This document shows, piece by piece, positions 1 through 17,129 of a DNA stretch of 64,000 nucleotides (within the stretch, counting starts at the first letter, position 1; every line of letters starts with the position of its first letter). The notes under the pieces are model-generated. The model searched no databases. It was given only the letters and a program-made list of their open reading frames with translations, and was not told the origin of the DNA. The stretch is from the human T2T-CHM13v2.0 reference genome, Homo sapiens: the NCBI RefSeq assembly GCF_009914755.1, contig NC_060947.1, one strand, 5' to 3'. The translations under genes were made by a program, and so were the position numbers.

Positions 1-742
1 TCCATTTTTAGAAATCCTTTGAGCATCTCTTGTAGGGCCAGTCCAGTGGTGAAGAATTCCCTTAGCATTTGCTTGTGTGGGAAATACTTCATTTCTCCTT
101 CATTTATGAAGCTTATTTTGGTAGGATATAACATTTTTGGCTGACATTTTTTTCCTATATGGAGACTAAAAATAAGCCCCCAACCTTTTCTGGCTTGTAA
201 CGTCTTTGCTGAGAAGTCTGTTGACTATATGCCTTGGTGATGTTCATATTGTATAGTATCTCGCAGCTGTTCTCTGAATTTCTTTTATATGAATGGCTAC
301 CTCTCTAGCAAGATCAGGGAAATCTTTCTGAATTATTCCCTCAGAAACATTTTCCAAATCTCTTTTTCTTCTTTTCCACCAGAAACACCTGTAAGCCATA
401 GGTTTGGTCCATTTACATAATCCCATATTTCTTGAAGGCTTTGTTCATTTTAAAATTATTTTTTCTTTATTTTCATCTGACTCAGTTAATCTGAAAGACA
501 GGTCTGTATGCCTAAAATTGTTTATTCTGGTTGATCTAGTCTATTGTTGAAGTTTTCAACTGTAGTTTGAAATTCTATCAGTAAATTTTCATTACTAGAA
601 GCTCTGGTTTTTTTTTGTTTGTTTGGTTTTAAATAAATATATATATCTAGTCTTTCATATCCTGAATTCTTTTTTTTATTTATTTGTGTCAATTTTCAAC
701 TTTCTCCTTGATTCAATTGAGCTTCTTTACAAATCATGTTTT
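1..742 (-). mobile_element. Old primate L1 (L1PB/L1P-like), ORF1 region; continues at 4720
   Basis: ORF 244..426 resembles L1 ORF1p (LENVSEGIIQKDFPDLAREVAIHIKEIQRT). Confidence 0.85.
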
Positions 743-4719
<3,977 letters not shown>

Positions 4720-5200
4720 ACAATTCATATTTTAAATTATTGCCCATTTGTTTCAGAATTGTCAGTTTGGTTGGGATCCATTGCTACGGTGCTGTTCAGA
4801 TCCTTTGGCAATGTCAAAAACACTCTTTTGGTACTGTTGGATTTATTGCACTGATTCCCTCTCATCTGGAGTAGTTGTTTCTTATTTTTGAAATCGCTGC
4901 AGTTTTAATGGGACTTTTTATTGTTTATTCTTTTCTCTCTTGAGGGTGTCGATGGAGTGTATGCTGTATATGATTAACTGACTTTGCTTCTGGGTGTTTT
5001 CATGAGGCCACATCTTTGTATAGATTCCTTGGTATAGATACCTTTTGTGTGGTGGTTTTCTCAAATGCTGCTTGTTGTATTCATGTGGACATACAAGCCA
5101 ACACTATCTACTGTGGGGCTGGGAGTGTGGAGGTCTCAGGTAGCTTAATTAGCTCAAACCCTAGCACTATGCCTTTCTTTCAAAAGGTTTTGGTTTTTTG

Positions 5201-5231
<31 letters not shown>

Positions 5232-6521
5232 GCAGTTCAATCTCCAGTCCAATAGGTGGTGTTTAATAGTAAGACTTGGTTCACTCTTGAGTAATTTCAA
5301 TGAAGAGTGGAAGCACCCCCCTGATGGGTGTGACAGGGAGATGTCATGGGGGGGATATGCTGAGGCCTGAAGTGGGTGAGGTGGGGGCTGCACCAGTTCC
5401 TCCTCCTGGGCAGGCAGGAATACAGTGCAATTCATTCCCCTATCATGTCTCTATTACATGGCTCCAACCTTCAGTTCAGTTACACTGTCCTGTATCTCCA
5501 GGTGCAATGTGACTGAGGTCCACAGGAAATACCCATCTTGTAGCTACTACTGAAACGGCCTTGGGGCAGAATCTCTTCTCCTATCCCCAAACAGAAAGCT
5601 CTGCAGCTGTTCCATGTTCCATTGCAGGGCCCACGCTGCTCTGTGTAGGAGGGGTAGATGAGTCCCACCCTTCGCACAAGTGCAGGTTGTGGACATCCTT
5701 TTAGTGGGGATGCAGCCCCTGCAAATAGAGCTGGAACGCTATCTCCAAGTGCACATCCAGGCCCCCAGTGAGAAAAGCCTTAGGTGCATCTACAGCAGTG
5801 GTCAGGAGGAGCGGGAGGTGAACCCCTCTCTACCTCTGCTACTGGCCTCTGGTACTGCCTATCTGATGAAGTGGAACAATGCGCCCCTCCGTCAGAGATC
5901 CACACCAAGCCTGGGTTTCCTTTGTCTCATGTGACACTTTGGTATGCTCCCCCTTCCCCTAGAAGCAGCCTGTGTCGAGGGCTGTATCTCTGGGGATTCT
6001 ACAGTACGTCATGCATGGGCCAGTCAGAGTGGGTTATGGTGTATGTTTGCTGGGAATCTGGTGATGCGGTGACACGAGGGCTGGGATTCTCCCAGCAGAG
6101 TAGTAACCCACAATGGGTGCACAAACAATATGCCACTCACCGCCACGTCAGTTTGGGTTTACGGGGTGTGCGAGTGCACCTGCACAAGCTGGATGTCCGG
6201 TGAAATGGCCACTGACAGCATTGATCGGACTTCCGGAGGCAGAAATGCTCTCTGACCATTCAGCAGTCAGCAGTCTGTTGCAAGGCTGAGGGGAGCAAAG
6301 ATGTACCCCCAGCTACCTTTTCTATGGGACTACAAGCTGCTCAGTGATCAGTCTCTGCCAGAATCCTGCTGCCTTCCATTTCTGCAGCCCAGCTTCTTCC
6401 TATGGGTTCTCCGACAGGTTTCAGCACTCTTTCCTCAGGTTTCTCCTCTAGCCATGACCTGTAACTTTAATCTTCTTTCTGAGGAGATCTGGCATCGAAC
6501 ACCTCTAGTCAGCCACACTGG
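4720..6521 (-). mobile_element. ORF1 5' part and 5'UTR of the older L1, including its 5' terminus
   Basis: Ends in CCTCTAGTCAGCCA, reverse complement of the L1 start motif (A)TGGCTGACTAGAGG; GC-richer 5'UTR; (TG)n at 5202-5230. Confidence 0.8.
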
Positions 6522-7175
6522 AAAGAACAAAAACAGAAACAACCTCTTTTTACTTTTTAAAGTGAAAACTCAAAATGGAAACACAAGCAAATACATTACT
6601 CAAACATTTGATTCAGTGGCTAACAAAAGACATTTACAAATGCTTGTTTTTTTTTTTTTTTACTTAGAATCTATATTGTTACCTGCTACAATATAAGTAA
6701 TTTGAATACACTGTCCTTCTAGCTGATTTTAAGCTGTATTGTCCAATTCTTAAAAGGCCCTTGTGAATGTGAGTGACTTGTGGGACTGTGGAGAAATGGC
6801 AGCAAATTTACTCTGCAAGTTTACCTGAGGGCATGGATCTGTGTACTGCAGAGTACCACGAGATAGTAATGGACAGTGTGAAGAGAAGAAAACCCCAAAA
6901 TGAAGACATTTTTGTTGACCTTCTCTGTACAAAAACATGGAGGCTTTATCGACTATAAGGATGTTTAATGTTTCAGTGGATCGAGTCTTATAAAATATGA
7001 TGATTAATGCAGGTAATCCAAAAGAATCTAGTAAAGAATGATGGAAACTTATGTCTTAGTGAGCAGATGGAAAGCAAGATAATAAAATAGTAGCTTTTTT
7101 ATTTACCAACAATATTTAGTTTTAGAAAAATTGGTTAAAAATCCACTCAGAGGAGAAAATGTTTTTAAAAATATT

Positions 7176-7214
7176 TCTTTTCTTTTTGTACTGAGTGTTA
7201 TTGACTGTGGGTAC

Positions 7215-7248
<34 letters not shown>

Positions 7249-7445
7249 TTTAAGTTTTAGGGTACATGTGCACAACGTGCAGGTTTGTTACATACGTATA
7301 CATGTGCCATGTTGTGTGCTGCACCCATTAACTCGTCATTTACATTAGGTATATCTCCTAATGCTATCCCTCCCCCCTCCCCCACCCCACGACAGTCCCC
7401 GGTGTGTGATGTTCCCCTTCCTGTGTGCATGTGTTCTCATTGTTA
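7176..7445 (-). mobile_element. Short young L1PA 3' end with probable 3' transduction
   Basis: Canonical L1PA 3'UTR with (ATT)n tail; TSD TTTTTAAAAATATT at 7162-7175 and 7446-7459. Confidence 0.9.
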
Positions 7446-7589
7446 TTTTTAAAAATATTCCTAGTTATTTCAACTAGGAATCAGATTGGCAAGGATTAGT
7501 CAGAATTTCTTTTAAAAACTTCCCCCCAAAAATAAAAAAAATTAAAAACTTCCCAATTGTTGTGAATATAAAAATCAACTACAGTGAAT

Positions 7590-9640
7590 CAATATATATT
7601 TATTATCCTAGCAGATCTGGTACTGTAAGGAAGTTAATTATATTAAATATTCCAAAGTTACCTTTTTAATACTAAAAAAATGATATTACGTTTCATCAAA
7701 ACAATAACCAAAAAATGGTAAAGAACTAAAGGAAAATCTCCAAAAATTGGAGAGGGATATTTGTCTTCAAACTTTATTCTAAAGCTAAAATAATTAAAAC
7801 AATTGCGGCATCAGCTTAAGAACTGAGAAAAAACAAGGAAGCAGAATCAGCAGTTCAAATGCTGTGGGCAAAGTTTATAACTGCAGGAAAAAAATGTTAA
7901 AACTTCATTCCCTGCATACATGAAAATGCTTTTCGCGTGTGCTAAAGAGTTGAATTTCAAAACTAAAACCGTAACAACCTAAATCCCTATAAGAATATTC
8001 ACAGTGTATAGTGAGCTATTGAGATTATAAGAAATACTCTGGAGAATATTCTGAATATAGTTACATTTTAATAGTAAATCTCATATATTATATATATGGA
8101 AGGATATATTCAGGCTATTAATACCGTGTATGCTGGGGCTGTAGTGGGTAGGGGATGGCTGGTGATGAAGGTGGACTATGACTTCGTCAATGTGGAAACA
8201 TAACATAGGACATGTATAGATGATAGGCTTAATTGCATAGAAACCTCAAACTCAGGAAAATAAATCAAAAGCCAATGAGCCATATGAGAAATTCTAATTA
8301 TATAGGGATATGGAAAAGGCATATCTTACAATTAATAGCTTCCCAGTATAAAAATAATAATTAGTTTGAACATATCATGGGAAAGCTAATTCACATTAGA
8401 AAGAAAAAATGTATCAAATATTTCTTTCCTTTCAGGGCAAACACAACTACATTTTCCATGGAGAGATCAAAGAAGGCATAACCATGTGGATAAACTCTCA
8501 TGATCTTAGATAGAAATACTTACTAATAAAATGCAGGCCCTCCAGCATAAGAATTATTCACAAAGATTTATCACTGCCTTATTCTGGGAGGAGTAGAGCT
8601 GGTACAGAAAATACAATTTTCAGAACCAGCCCTTCAAAATCTGTTTGTAGTTTTGCCCAAGTTCTGCTTTAATAACTTATGAAATAGAATATGGATCAAA
8701 GAGTGATAGAGGGAGGAAGTGGGAGAAAATCCAAAATTATAAAGCTTAGTTAGCAGTTATAACTTTGAGAACAACCAGTTTTACAAAGATTGATAGATTG
8801 ATTTCCCAAGGTTTGACATGACCTAAAAGTTCCATGTCATATAATGACTTGAAGAGATAGGAATTTAAAATGTGAAGCATATCAAAATTTAAAGCACTTT
8901 ACAGAATTTTTGCAGGGTTTAAATTGAACCTATGCAAAACAAGAAAATAAATTGTGAAAAAAGAAATAACTCACTACATAAGAGTTGATACATTTCCTCG
9001 AATTCACTTATATATTTATGTTAATTAAATACCAATGTGATGTATTTTTGGACCATCAAAACAAACTGATATTAAACTTCATCTGGAAGTGTACATGAAC
9101 TTCAATATGCAATGCCAACCTCTATTAAAAACAGCAATGAGGGACAGTTCTCATAATAGATACTAAAGACAAAATAATAATAAAGCAATTTAGTATTTAT
9201 TCCAAACCACAGACATAAACTGATGGCTCAAACGATGTTGGAAAAATTCAGCATTTGCAGATTTATAAAAATTAAATTTTCACTTCACAATTGCATTTTG
9301 CATTGTCAGAGTAATAATTTTAGAATATTAATCCCTGAAAAAACAGATTGACAGAACTATTATGTATAATTAGGTGAGAAATGCAGCTTATGCATAAATA
9401 GCACAAATAAATAGCACAATAGCACTTCCGCGGAAACAAGCCACAGTCACACACTCCCTTCTCTAATTGTCGGCAGGTTGATTATGCATTTTTTCTAGCA
9501 CAGAAAATTGTGGAAGTATGCTGTTTGTACATTTAACATTAAGTTAGGGCAACAGAAATGGGGAGTTGTAGGAGGATACATTTTTTACTTTTTATGACCA
9601 AATATTGTAATTTATAATTAAAAAGTAAAGAAAATATGTT
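7590..9640 (+). mobile_element. Highly degenerate L1ME-like ORF2/3'UTR remnants (two successive copies)
   Basis: AAAGCTAAAATAATTAAAACA at 7781; ATATTAAACTTCATCTGGAA at 9069; L1ME-type 3' ends near 8100-8190 and 9495-9640. Confidence 0.5.
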
Positions 9641-10357
9641 TTAAAAACATTTAGAGCAAACACAGGCCATTTTATCGTTTTGTGACTTTAACTCCTCATG
9701 TAAATTTTCCAAACCAATCATATTGTTATGTGTCTGAAGGAGTTAAAAATATGAGCTTTCAGAATAAAAAAGACTAATAAGAATGGAGTTTACTGAATGA
9801 TCGTATCCATATTCTAAATGCCTAAACCTGGATTAGTTTATTTAATCTTAAGAATGAACCCAAGGCATGTATTATGGATTATACTCCTGCTGATCAAATG
9901 AGATAATACATGTAAAAATTCTTGCAAATATAAAAACTCAGAGAAGGAGGGTACATGCTATTACAAAGAAAATTTTATATTTGGCTTGTATTTGGATAAT
10001 TTATAATATGGTGAATTCTTTTAAATATATACTTATAAACCTGCCAGAAGTTAAGTACTCTGAGTACTCCTTAATGGTAAGACTAACCTACACTACTAAG
10101 TTGCAGTTTTTTAATAAGAAAACATTAGTGAGTTTTGTATTCACCTTGAAGGGGGAGATTAATAAATTTTCTTTACCTATCTGCCTTTTTTTCAACTATC
10201 TAGTATAAGTATTATTTTTGTATATAAAAATATTTAAGAATTTTTATTTGAAGCAAATATAGAATGATTGGTTGTTTTGGACTTTGTCTCATCACTTAAA
10301 TATTCATCACATTCAAATTTTTTTGTGTATGAAGATAGAAAAAAATCTCTTAGCATC

Positions 10358-10600
10358 AATAATAATGAAAACGAGATAAACATTAACTTTCACTGTGTGC
10401 CTATTTACATGCTCAGCAGCTTGCTAGCTGCTTCCATGTATAGTATTCCATTAAATTGTGACCAAAAAAAACCCTGGTGCAAAGAATATGATTACATCTG
10501 CATCACAGATTTTCCCGAGGATCGAGTAAGTCAACAAAAGGAAAAACACTTAGGTGACCGAAAAATGGTTGAAAAACATAATCCTTTTTATTATGACAAA
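10358..10600. mobile_element. MIR-like SINE remnant
   Basis: AATAATAAT...CACTGTGTGCC...ACAGAT pattern. Confidence 0.4.
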
Positions 10601-10713
10601 ATTTTGCTCCATGTGTAACAAAACACAGTTCTTTACTACGAGTATGTTGAATTATTATTCAACACCTCTACATCTGCCTTGCCATGGTTTAGGTGGCTTG
10701 GGAAATCCTTCCT

Positions 10714-11157
10714 TGTTATGGATAATGTTTAATTTGACATGTCAGCTTGGCTAGGATATGGTGCCCGGTTGTTTGGTCAAACTCCAGTCTAAATGTTGCT
10801 GTGGAGGTATTATTTTACATATGATTAACATTTAAATGAGTCGATTTTGAGTAGTGCCAATTACTATCCATAATGTGGGTGGGCCTCATCCAATCACTTG
10901 ACTGCCTTAAGAGCGAAGACTTCAGTTTCCTGAAGAAGAATCAAATCTACTTCAAGACTGCAATAGAGAAATCCTGCCTGAATTTGTAGCTTGCCTGTCC
11001 TGTCCTGCAAATTTTGAACTCAAGACTGCAATAACTCTTTCCTGAGTGCCCGGCCTGCTAGCCTGTTCTAAATAATTTAGACTTGGCCTTGTTAGCCCAA
11101 ACAATCATGAGTCAATTCCTCAAAAATCAATCAATCAATAATTCAGTCTCTCTTTCA

Positions 11158-11191
<34 letters not shown>

Positions 11192-11200
11192 ATTTGTGGT
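10714..11200 (+). mobile_element. MLT2C/D-type ERVL solo LTR ending in a (TA)n(TG)n tract
   Basis: TGTCAGCTTGGCTAGG...AATGTGGGTGGGCCTCATCCAATCA...CAAGACTGC motifs. Confidence 0.85.
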
Positions 11201-11692
11201 GTCTATAAATGTATACATAGAGTGAGCTGGTTTTCAGGAAGCTGTCCAAGGAACTCTGGAACAGCAGAGAGCAAAATCAAAATCCATCTAACCATGCAAA
11301 TGAGGACACAGATTTCCTGGATATTAAATAAGGGTAAACATTTCTTATTGAAATAATAAATGTTGAGGGATAGCTAAGAGACTTGTATCCAAGAGCAAGG
11401 CTATTGGATAATTTCTTATATATGGGCATGTGAAGTGCACAGGGATAATAATGAGTGTTTCAGGACTTCAGTTTACATTCATGAGTTATTAAACGTGTAA
11501 ATTATCATAAACCTGGAATCAAATGATAACACATTACTAGCTAAATAGAAATATTAAAATTCCCAATGGTTAGCAGTATGTATTTCAAAATGGTTATTAG
11601 GTAATGAACCAACTCATAATGGAAACAAAATGTATAATATCTCAGAGAAAAAGTTAGGAATAATTTTGGAGAATCTATGAAAAAAATGCAAA

Positions 11693-12054
11693 TGATAGGG
11701 TGTAGCTCAGTGTCCCCACCCAAATCTCATATCAAAGTGTAATCCCCAGGTGTTGGGGAGAGACCTGGTGGGAGGTGATTGGATCATGGAGGTGGTTTCC
11801 CCCATGCTGTTCCCATGAGTGAGAGAATTCTCAGGAGATCTGATGGTTCAACAGTGGCAGTTTCACCTGCTCCCTCTCTCTCTCCTGCCACCTTGTGAGG
11901 AAGGTACTTGCTTCTCCTTTGCCTACCGCCATGATCGTAAGTTTCCTGAAGCTTCCCCAGCCGTGCAGAACTGTGAGTCAATTAAAACTCTTTTCTTCAT
12001 AAATTACCCAGTCTCCGGCAGTTCTTTATAGCAGTGTGAGAATGGACTAATACA
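11693..12054 (+). mobile_element. THE1D-like MaLR solo LTR
   Basis: TGATA..GTGTCCCCACCCAAATCTCA start, GGACTAATACA end. Confidence 0.92.
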
Positions 12055-12732
12055 ATAAATATTTTATGAGGGCTATAAAAAGCAATCCAAATAAATGAAT
12101 ATATTATTATGATCTTTACTGGGATGATTAAATATTATAAATTACATTAAAATTCCTTGGGGAGGGGAGAAATCAAATAGATTATGTTAAAATTCATCTG
12201 CATAAATAAATTGTTGAGGGTTTTAAAGAAAAGCTTCAAGAAGGCTATGTCATAGAATATGGCATTATTTTAGTGAAATCATGATAGTTTAAACCATGGA
12301 TATGCCTCGAAAAATTGAATGAGTATTAAATGGAACAGAATTATCAACTCGAATGATACCAACCAACATGAACATGTGTGGAAAATACACAAGTTCTTCA
12401 GTTACTTTCCATATTGTACTAAATACTTTCCATGTTAACTAAAGGATTAAACATTAAATCATAAACCATGAATTTTGATGGAGAAAGGTATATCTGTCTG
12501 TATTAGGAAAAGGGCAGACAACATACATCTATCCGTATTGGGCAAAGCACAGAAAAAAATGTAAATAGAATAATTCAAGTTTTAAACAAATGAAAACCAC
12601 CAACTCTGTCATATATGTGTTTGTGCACTTATACATGTTTGGTTGTGCACAGAAAATATGCATCAGGCATTTGCTGCTGATTAGGAGGAAGATAAGAATG
12701 AAAAAAGGAAAATTAGAAACTCTTAAAATTCA

Positions 12733-13140
<408 letters not shown>

Positions 13141-13169
13141 TTCTTTAATTTGGGCTGCTCACATTGTGT

Positions 13170-13400
13170 GGGTCTTGAAAAAATCACTAAACGTTCTCAA
13201 ATCTGAAGTTTCCTCACCTTTTGCAAGCATATGATAAGGCAAAATATTAGTAATAATAACAATAATAACCATAACCAATGTATACTGAGTGTTTACTAAT
13301 GTATCAGACATTTTGCTGAACCATTTCCTGTGCTTTATTTCATTGAGCTTCATTACAATCCTACCAAATAAATACTTTGATTTCCCTTCTTTCAAGAGAT
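13170..13400. mobile_element. MIR-like remnants
   Basis: AAATCACTAAACGTTCTC..AGTTTCCTCACCT core, followed by AATAATAAC..TACTGAGTGTTTACT. Confidence 0.55.
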
Positions 13401-14324
13401 TTATCTTGAGGATCAAATGAAGCAATGTAAGTAAAAATTTTTTTGTAAAGTTTAATTCTAGAAACAAACAGAAAGAGATTATATTATCAGGACTTTTGAA
13501 TCTATGCCCAAGAAAACCCATTCATAGATAAGATATTGGCATCCTATTTAGAATATAGAAGCTTACATACCAGATTTTGATTCTATGAATAAATCTGCCT
13601 GCTGGCTAAGTTTGCACACATTTCTCAGCCTCCAGTCATAAATCATGATTTTCGTATCCCAAGGTCAGTAATGAATTTGAGTTTTCTGTGGCTGTTATTG
13701 CATCTCTGGTTCAGCCTTTCTCTTTACGCCTTCCACCTAAGGGACCAGATCCCATAGTACAGCTGGATGTCCCACGTCTAAAAGATGAGATCGCCGGGTA
13801 CAAGCCAAGTAGGGGGCATAGAAAAAAAAATGCTCTACTTGATTTGTTCTATTTGGCAGCGCATGCCACTGGTCAATACTTAATACTTCTATTTTTAACC
13901 TTGCTTTCAATGTTCCATAATTAACACAGTTAATAGGATTACATACCTAAAAGTACATGGTAAGTATTAAGATAGGAAAAGTAAGACGGGCATTCAGCAA
14001 AAAGAAGTATGTAAAAATTGTTAGTTTTTTTACACTACACTAGTATTAATCAGTTGAAAAACAATCCATTGACAACAAGGATAAGGATAAAATATCTAGA
14101 ATAAAATGGTCAAGTTATTCTAGAAATATATAAAGTGCTTGTTCTACCATCATTTCCTGAAAGGTATTAAAGAAGGCTTGAATATTGGCATGTGTTCCCT
14201 TCATTCTAGAAGACTGGTTATTGTGAAGATGTCAGTTTTTCTCAAATTCATTTATATTTTTGCTCATTAGAAACTCCAAAGTGACATTTTTTTTAAAAAG
14301 TGGAACACAGAAGCCGAATCTACG

Positions 14325-14520
14325 TTTTAATTTTTTTATATGGACAATTTCAAACACATGTGAAAATAGTTAATAGTTTACCCACCATCCAGCTGTAATG
14401 ATAGTCAACTCATGATTAAATATTTCTTTTATACTCCATCTACTACCCTTCCAGTGATCCTATTTTTGGATTTCTTTGAAACAAATCAAACCATAGCATA
14501 TCACATCAAATCATCAAATG
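14325..14520 (-). mobile_element. L1MC-like 3' end fragment
   Basis: TATGGACAATTTCAAACACAT...ACCCACCATCCAGCT resembles L1MC4/5 3' end. Confidence 0.55.
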
Positions 14521-14639
14521 TGACTTTTTTTTTTTTTTTTTTTAGTGATCCAAGATTTTTATTTAGGGAACAGATGAAGCAAAATGGCAAGGCATGAGAA
14601 AGTAAAGAGTGCTAACTAAACAACCACAGAGGAACGTTC

Positions 14640-14790
14640 AAAAATCAATTAATTACTCTATCACATCAACAGCTAAAGAAGAAAAATCCTAAGATCGTAT
14701 CAATAAAAGCAATTAGCAAAATCCAATACTTATTCATGATAAAAACTCCCAGCAGACTAACAATAGAAAAGAACTTCCTCACCTTGATAA
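14640..14790 (+). mobile_element. L1M ORF2 fragment
   Basis: AAAATCCAATACTTATTCATGATAAAAACTC..AACTTCCTCACCTTGATAAA. Confidence 0.75.
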
Positions 14791-16134
14791 ATGTTGTTGC
14801 ATTTTTCTTAAAAATAAAAAGGTTTCATTATTAAAGAAATATAGTACAATAGGAAATCCATAAGGAGCATTTGTCATGTCAGATTCTAAATGACACTGTA
14901 ATTATGTATTATTTTTTTAAACCTGGTATTGGCTCCAAAATTGACAGAAATTTCACTGAAATGAAATTGTGAACCAGGAAAAATTAGAGATTTGCACATT
15001 TAAAAAAATGTAACCCTAACTTCACAGCATACAACAAAATATCATTCATGGGAATTACAGGAGAATATTAACAACAACAACAACAAAAAAAAACGAAGGA
15101 AATCTACTGACCTATAAGATGCCCATGATGTATTGCAATGTGCTGACGGGAAGTCGTAAAACAATCTATTTTTGTAGATCTCATTGTTTATAAAAAGCAA
15201 CAACCCAGGAAATGATCTTGACTTAAATATATGTGTGTTGATAAATATTTGCTTGAGCCCCCCCCCCCCAAAAAAAACACACAGATGTTTATGTAAATGC
15301 TGTCAGCATTTTTGAGAATCCTGTCAAGGAAATGAGAATGAAGCAATATAGGGGGAGATTGTACAATTATTCTTTATCTACTTTTGCACTATTTGGATAA
15401 TTAGGATGAGGGAGCATCGCTTCTGTCATAAAACGTTGTAGAGAAAACAATTTGATAAGAAAAGCAAATCTAGGCCACTCTTGGCCTGAGATTAAGATCA
15501 TACATGTCACATCATACATGTCACTTAGCCTCTGGCAAGGTTCAAGTTTTATGATCGGAAAAAAAGGAACACATGGACATAGTGAAAGTAATAACAAAAA
15601 AAGAAAGAGAAACAAAAAATAACCTTTCCTGATTGATTGCTTCCATTTCAAACAGTGACTAAATGCTTTTATGAGCATCATCCCATCCAACCCTCACACA
15701 AAACCCTTTGCAGAGAGAGGGTGTTATTACCTCTGCCTCCCATATTTGTTATGGGGCTCAGATTAGCCAATACGTATCACCATATTTCAGCAAATTGTAA
15801 CATCAGAGCACTGTAGGTCATTTACATATCAAAAATTCAATCTCATGCCCAATACACGTTTACTTACAACACGTTAGCTTCCTATTTGAAAACTACCGGT
15901 CAAAACTCCAGGAGGTAAGAGCTTTGAATAAACCCTCTTATTTGTTAAAATTAAGCTCTAACTTGTAAACTGCAATTTTTATACCAGAATTTGTTCAGTG
16001 AATTTTGGGTTTCATGTTGCTTCCAGGGCAACCCTGGATGAATTTGGCTGAAAAATCCCTATAAACTGTTTTCTTTAGAGTCCAAAGCTGAAAAATGATT
16101 TTGGAATCTTGTTTCCAGCACTATAATGGTCAAG

Positions 16135-16307
16135 GTAGGCACTTGCTACTCAAAGTGTGGTTCAGGGATTAGCAGCAGAGGTATCCCCTGAGAACTTGTT
16201 AGAAATCTAGAATCTTTGGTTCTATTCCAGATATGCTTAATAATAATCTGAATTTTAAACGAGATCTCCAGGTGATTTCTATCAACATTAAAGTTTGAGA
16301 ATCAGTG
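16135..16307. mobile_element. MER5A-type hAT-Charlie DNA transposon
   Basis: CTACTCAAAGTGTGG...CTTGTTAGAAAT...AAAGTTTGAGAA termini. Confidence 0.85.
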
Positions 16308-16721
16308 GTGTAGATGACCTAAAACAGCTACCCATCTCTGATAAACTTAGAAATATGAGATAAAATAAAACTTTTTTCAATGTAGAGCTGAGCTCATAAT
16401 AAAGTAGGGATAGAAATTCATAAAGGAGAAATTACCAGAGGGTAAATGGAAATGAACAGTGGGTGATGGGAGGGCCCATGCTAGACTCACTAACCTAAAG
16501 TCTTGAGTTTTTACAATAGCAAGCAGGACAGGAACATGGCTGTAAGCCCAGGCAAGGTAGGAAATTAGAACAGAATTCTCACAATAAAGACACCTAATCA
16601 AATTAAAGATTCATTCCTAATAATACTCTTAAAAGCTAGAAATAGAAGAAAACTGACTTATAAATATATCTGCCAAAAAGCTACAGTAAATATATGTTTA
16701 ATGTGAAATATTTGCTCTTAG

Positions 16722-17107
16722 TGATATGATTTGTCTTTGTGTTCCTAGCCAAATCTCATGTTGAATTCTAATCTCCAATGTTGTGGGAGGGGCCTGGTGG
16801 GAAGTGATTGGATTATGGAGGTAGATTTCCCCCTTGCTGTTCTCATGATAATGGGTGAGTTCTCATGAGATCTGGTTGTTTCAAAGTGTGTAGCACTTCC
16901 CCCCTTTACTCTCTCTGTCTCCTCCTGGCCATGTGAATATGTGTTTGCTTCCCCTTTGTCTTCCACAATGATTGTAAGTTTCCCGAGGCCTCTCCAGTTA
17001 TGGCTCCTGTCCAGCATGTGCAACTGTGACTCAATTAAACCTTTTTTCTTCAAAAGTTACCCAGTCTCAGGTAGTTCTTTATAGCAGTGTGAGAACAAAC
17101 TAATACA
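16722..17107 (+). mobile_element. MSTA MaLR solo LTR
   Basis: TGATATG...CTAATACA; 5-bp TSD CTTAG/CTTAA. Confidence 0.92.
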
Positions 17108-17129
17108 CTTAATATTAATAACAAGAAAA

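Noticed and set aside
5300-6500. GC-richer region with ORFs of 130-139 aa as a gene or CpG island
   Set aside because: It is the antisense strand of an L1 5'UTR with decayed CpGs
6750-7012. ORF 6773..6958 and the nearby AG..GT-bounded segment as a gene or pseudogene piece
   Set aside because: No recognisable homology; segment 6977-7012 has stops in all frames
15122-15150. CCCATGATG...CTGACGGG as a C/D snoRNA
   Set aside because: Only about 30 nt between the boxes and an imperfect box C; too short
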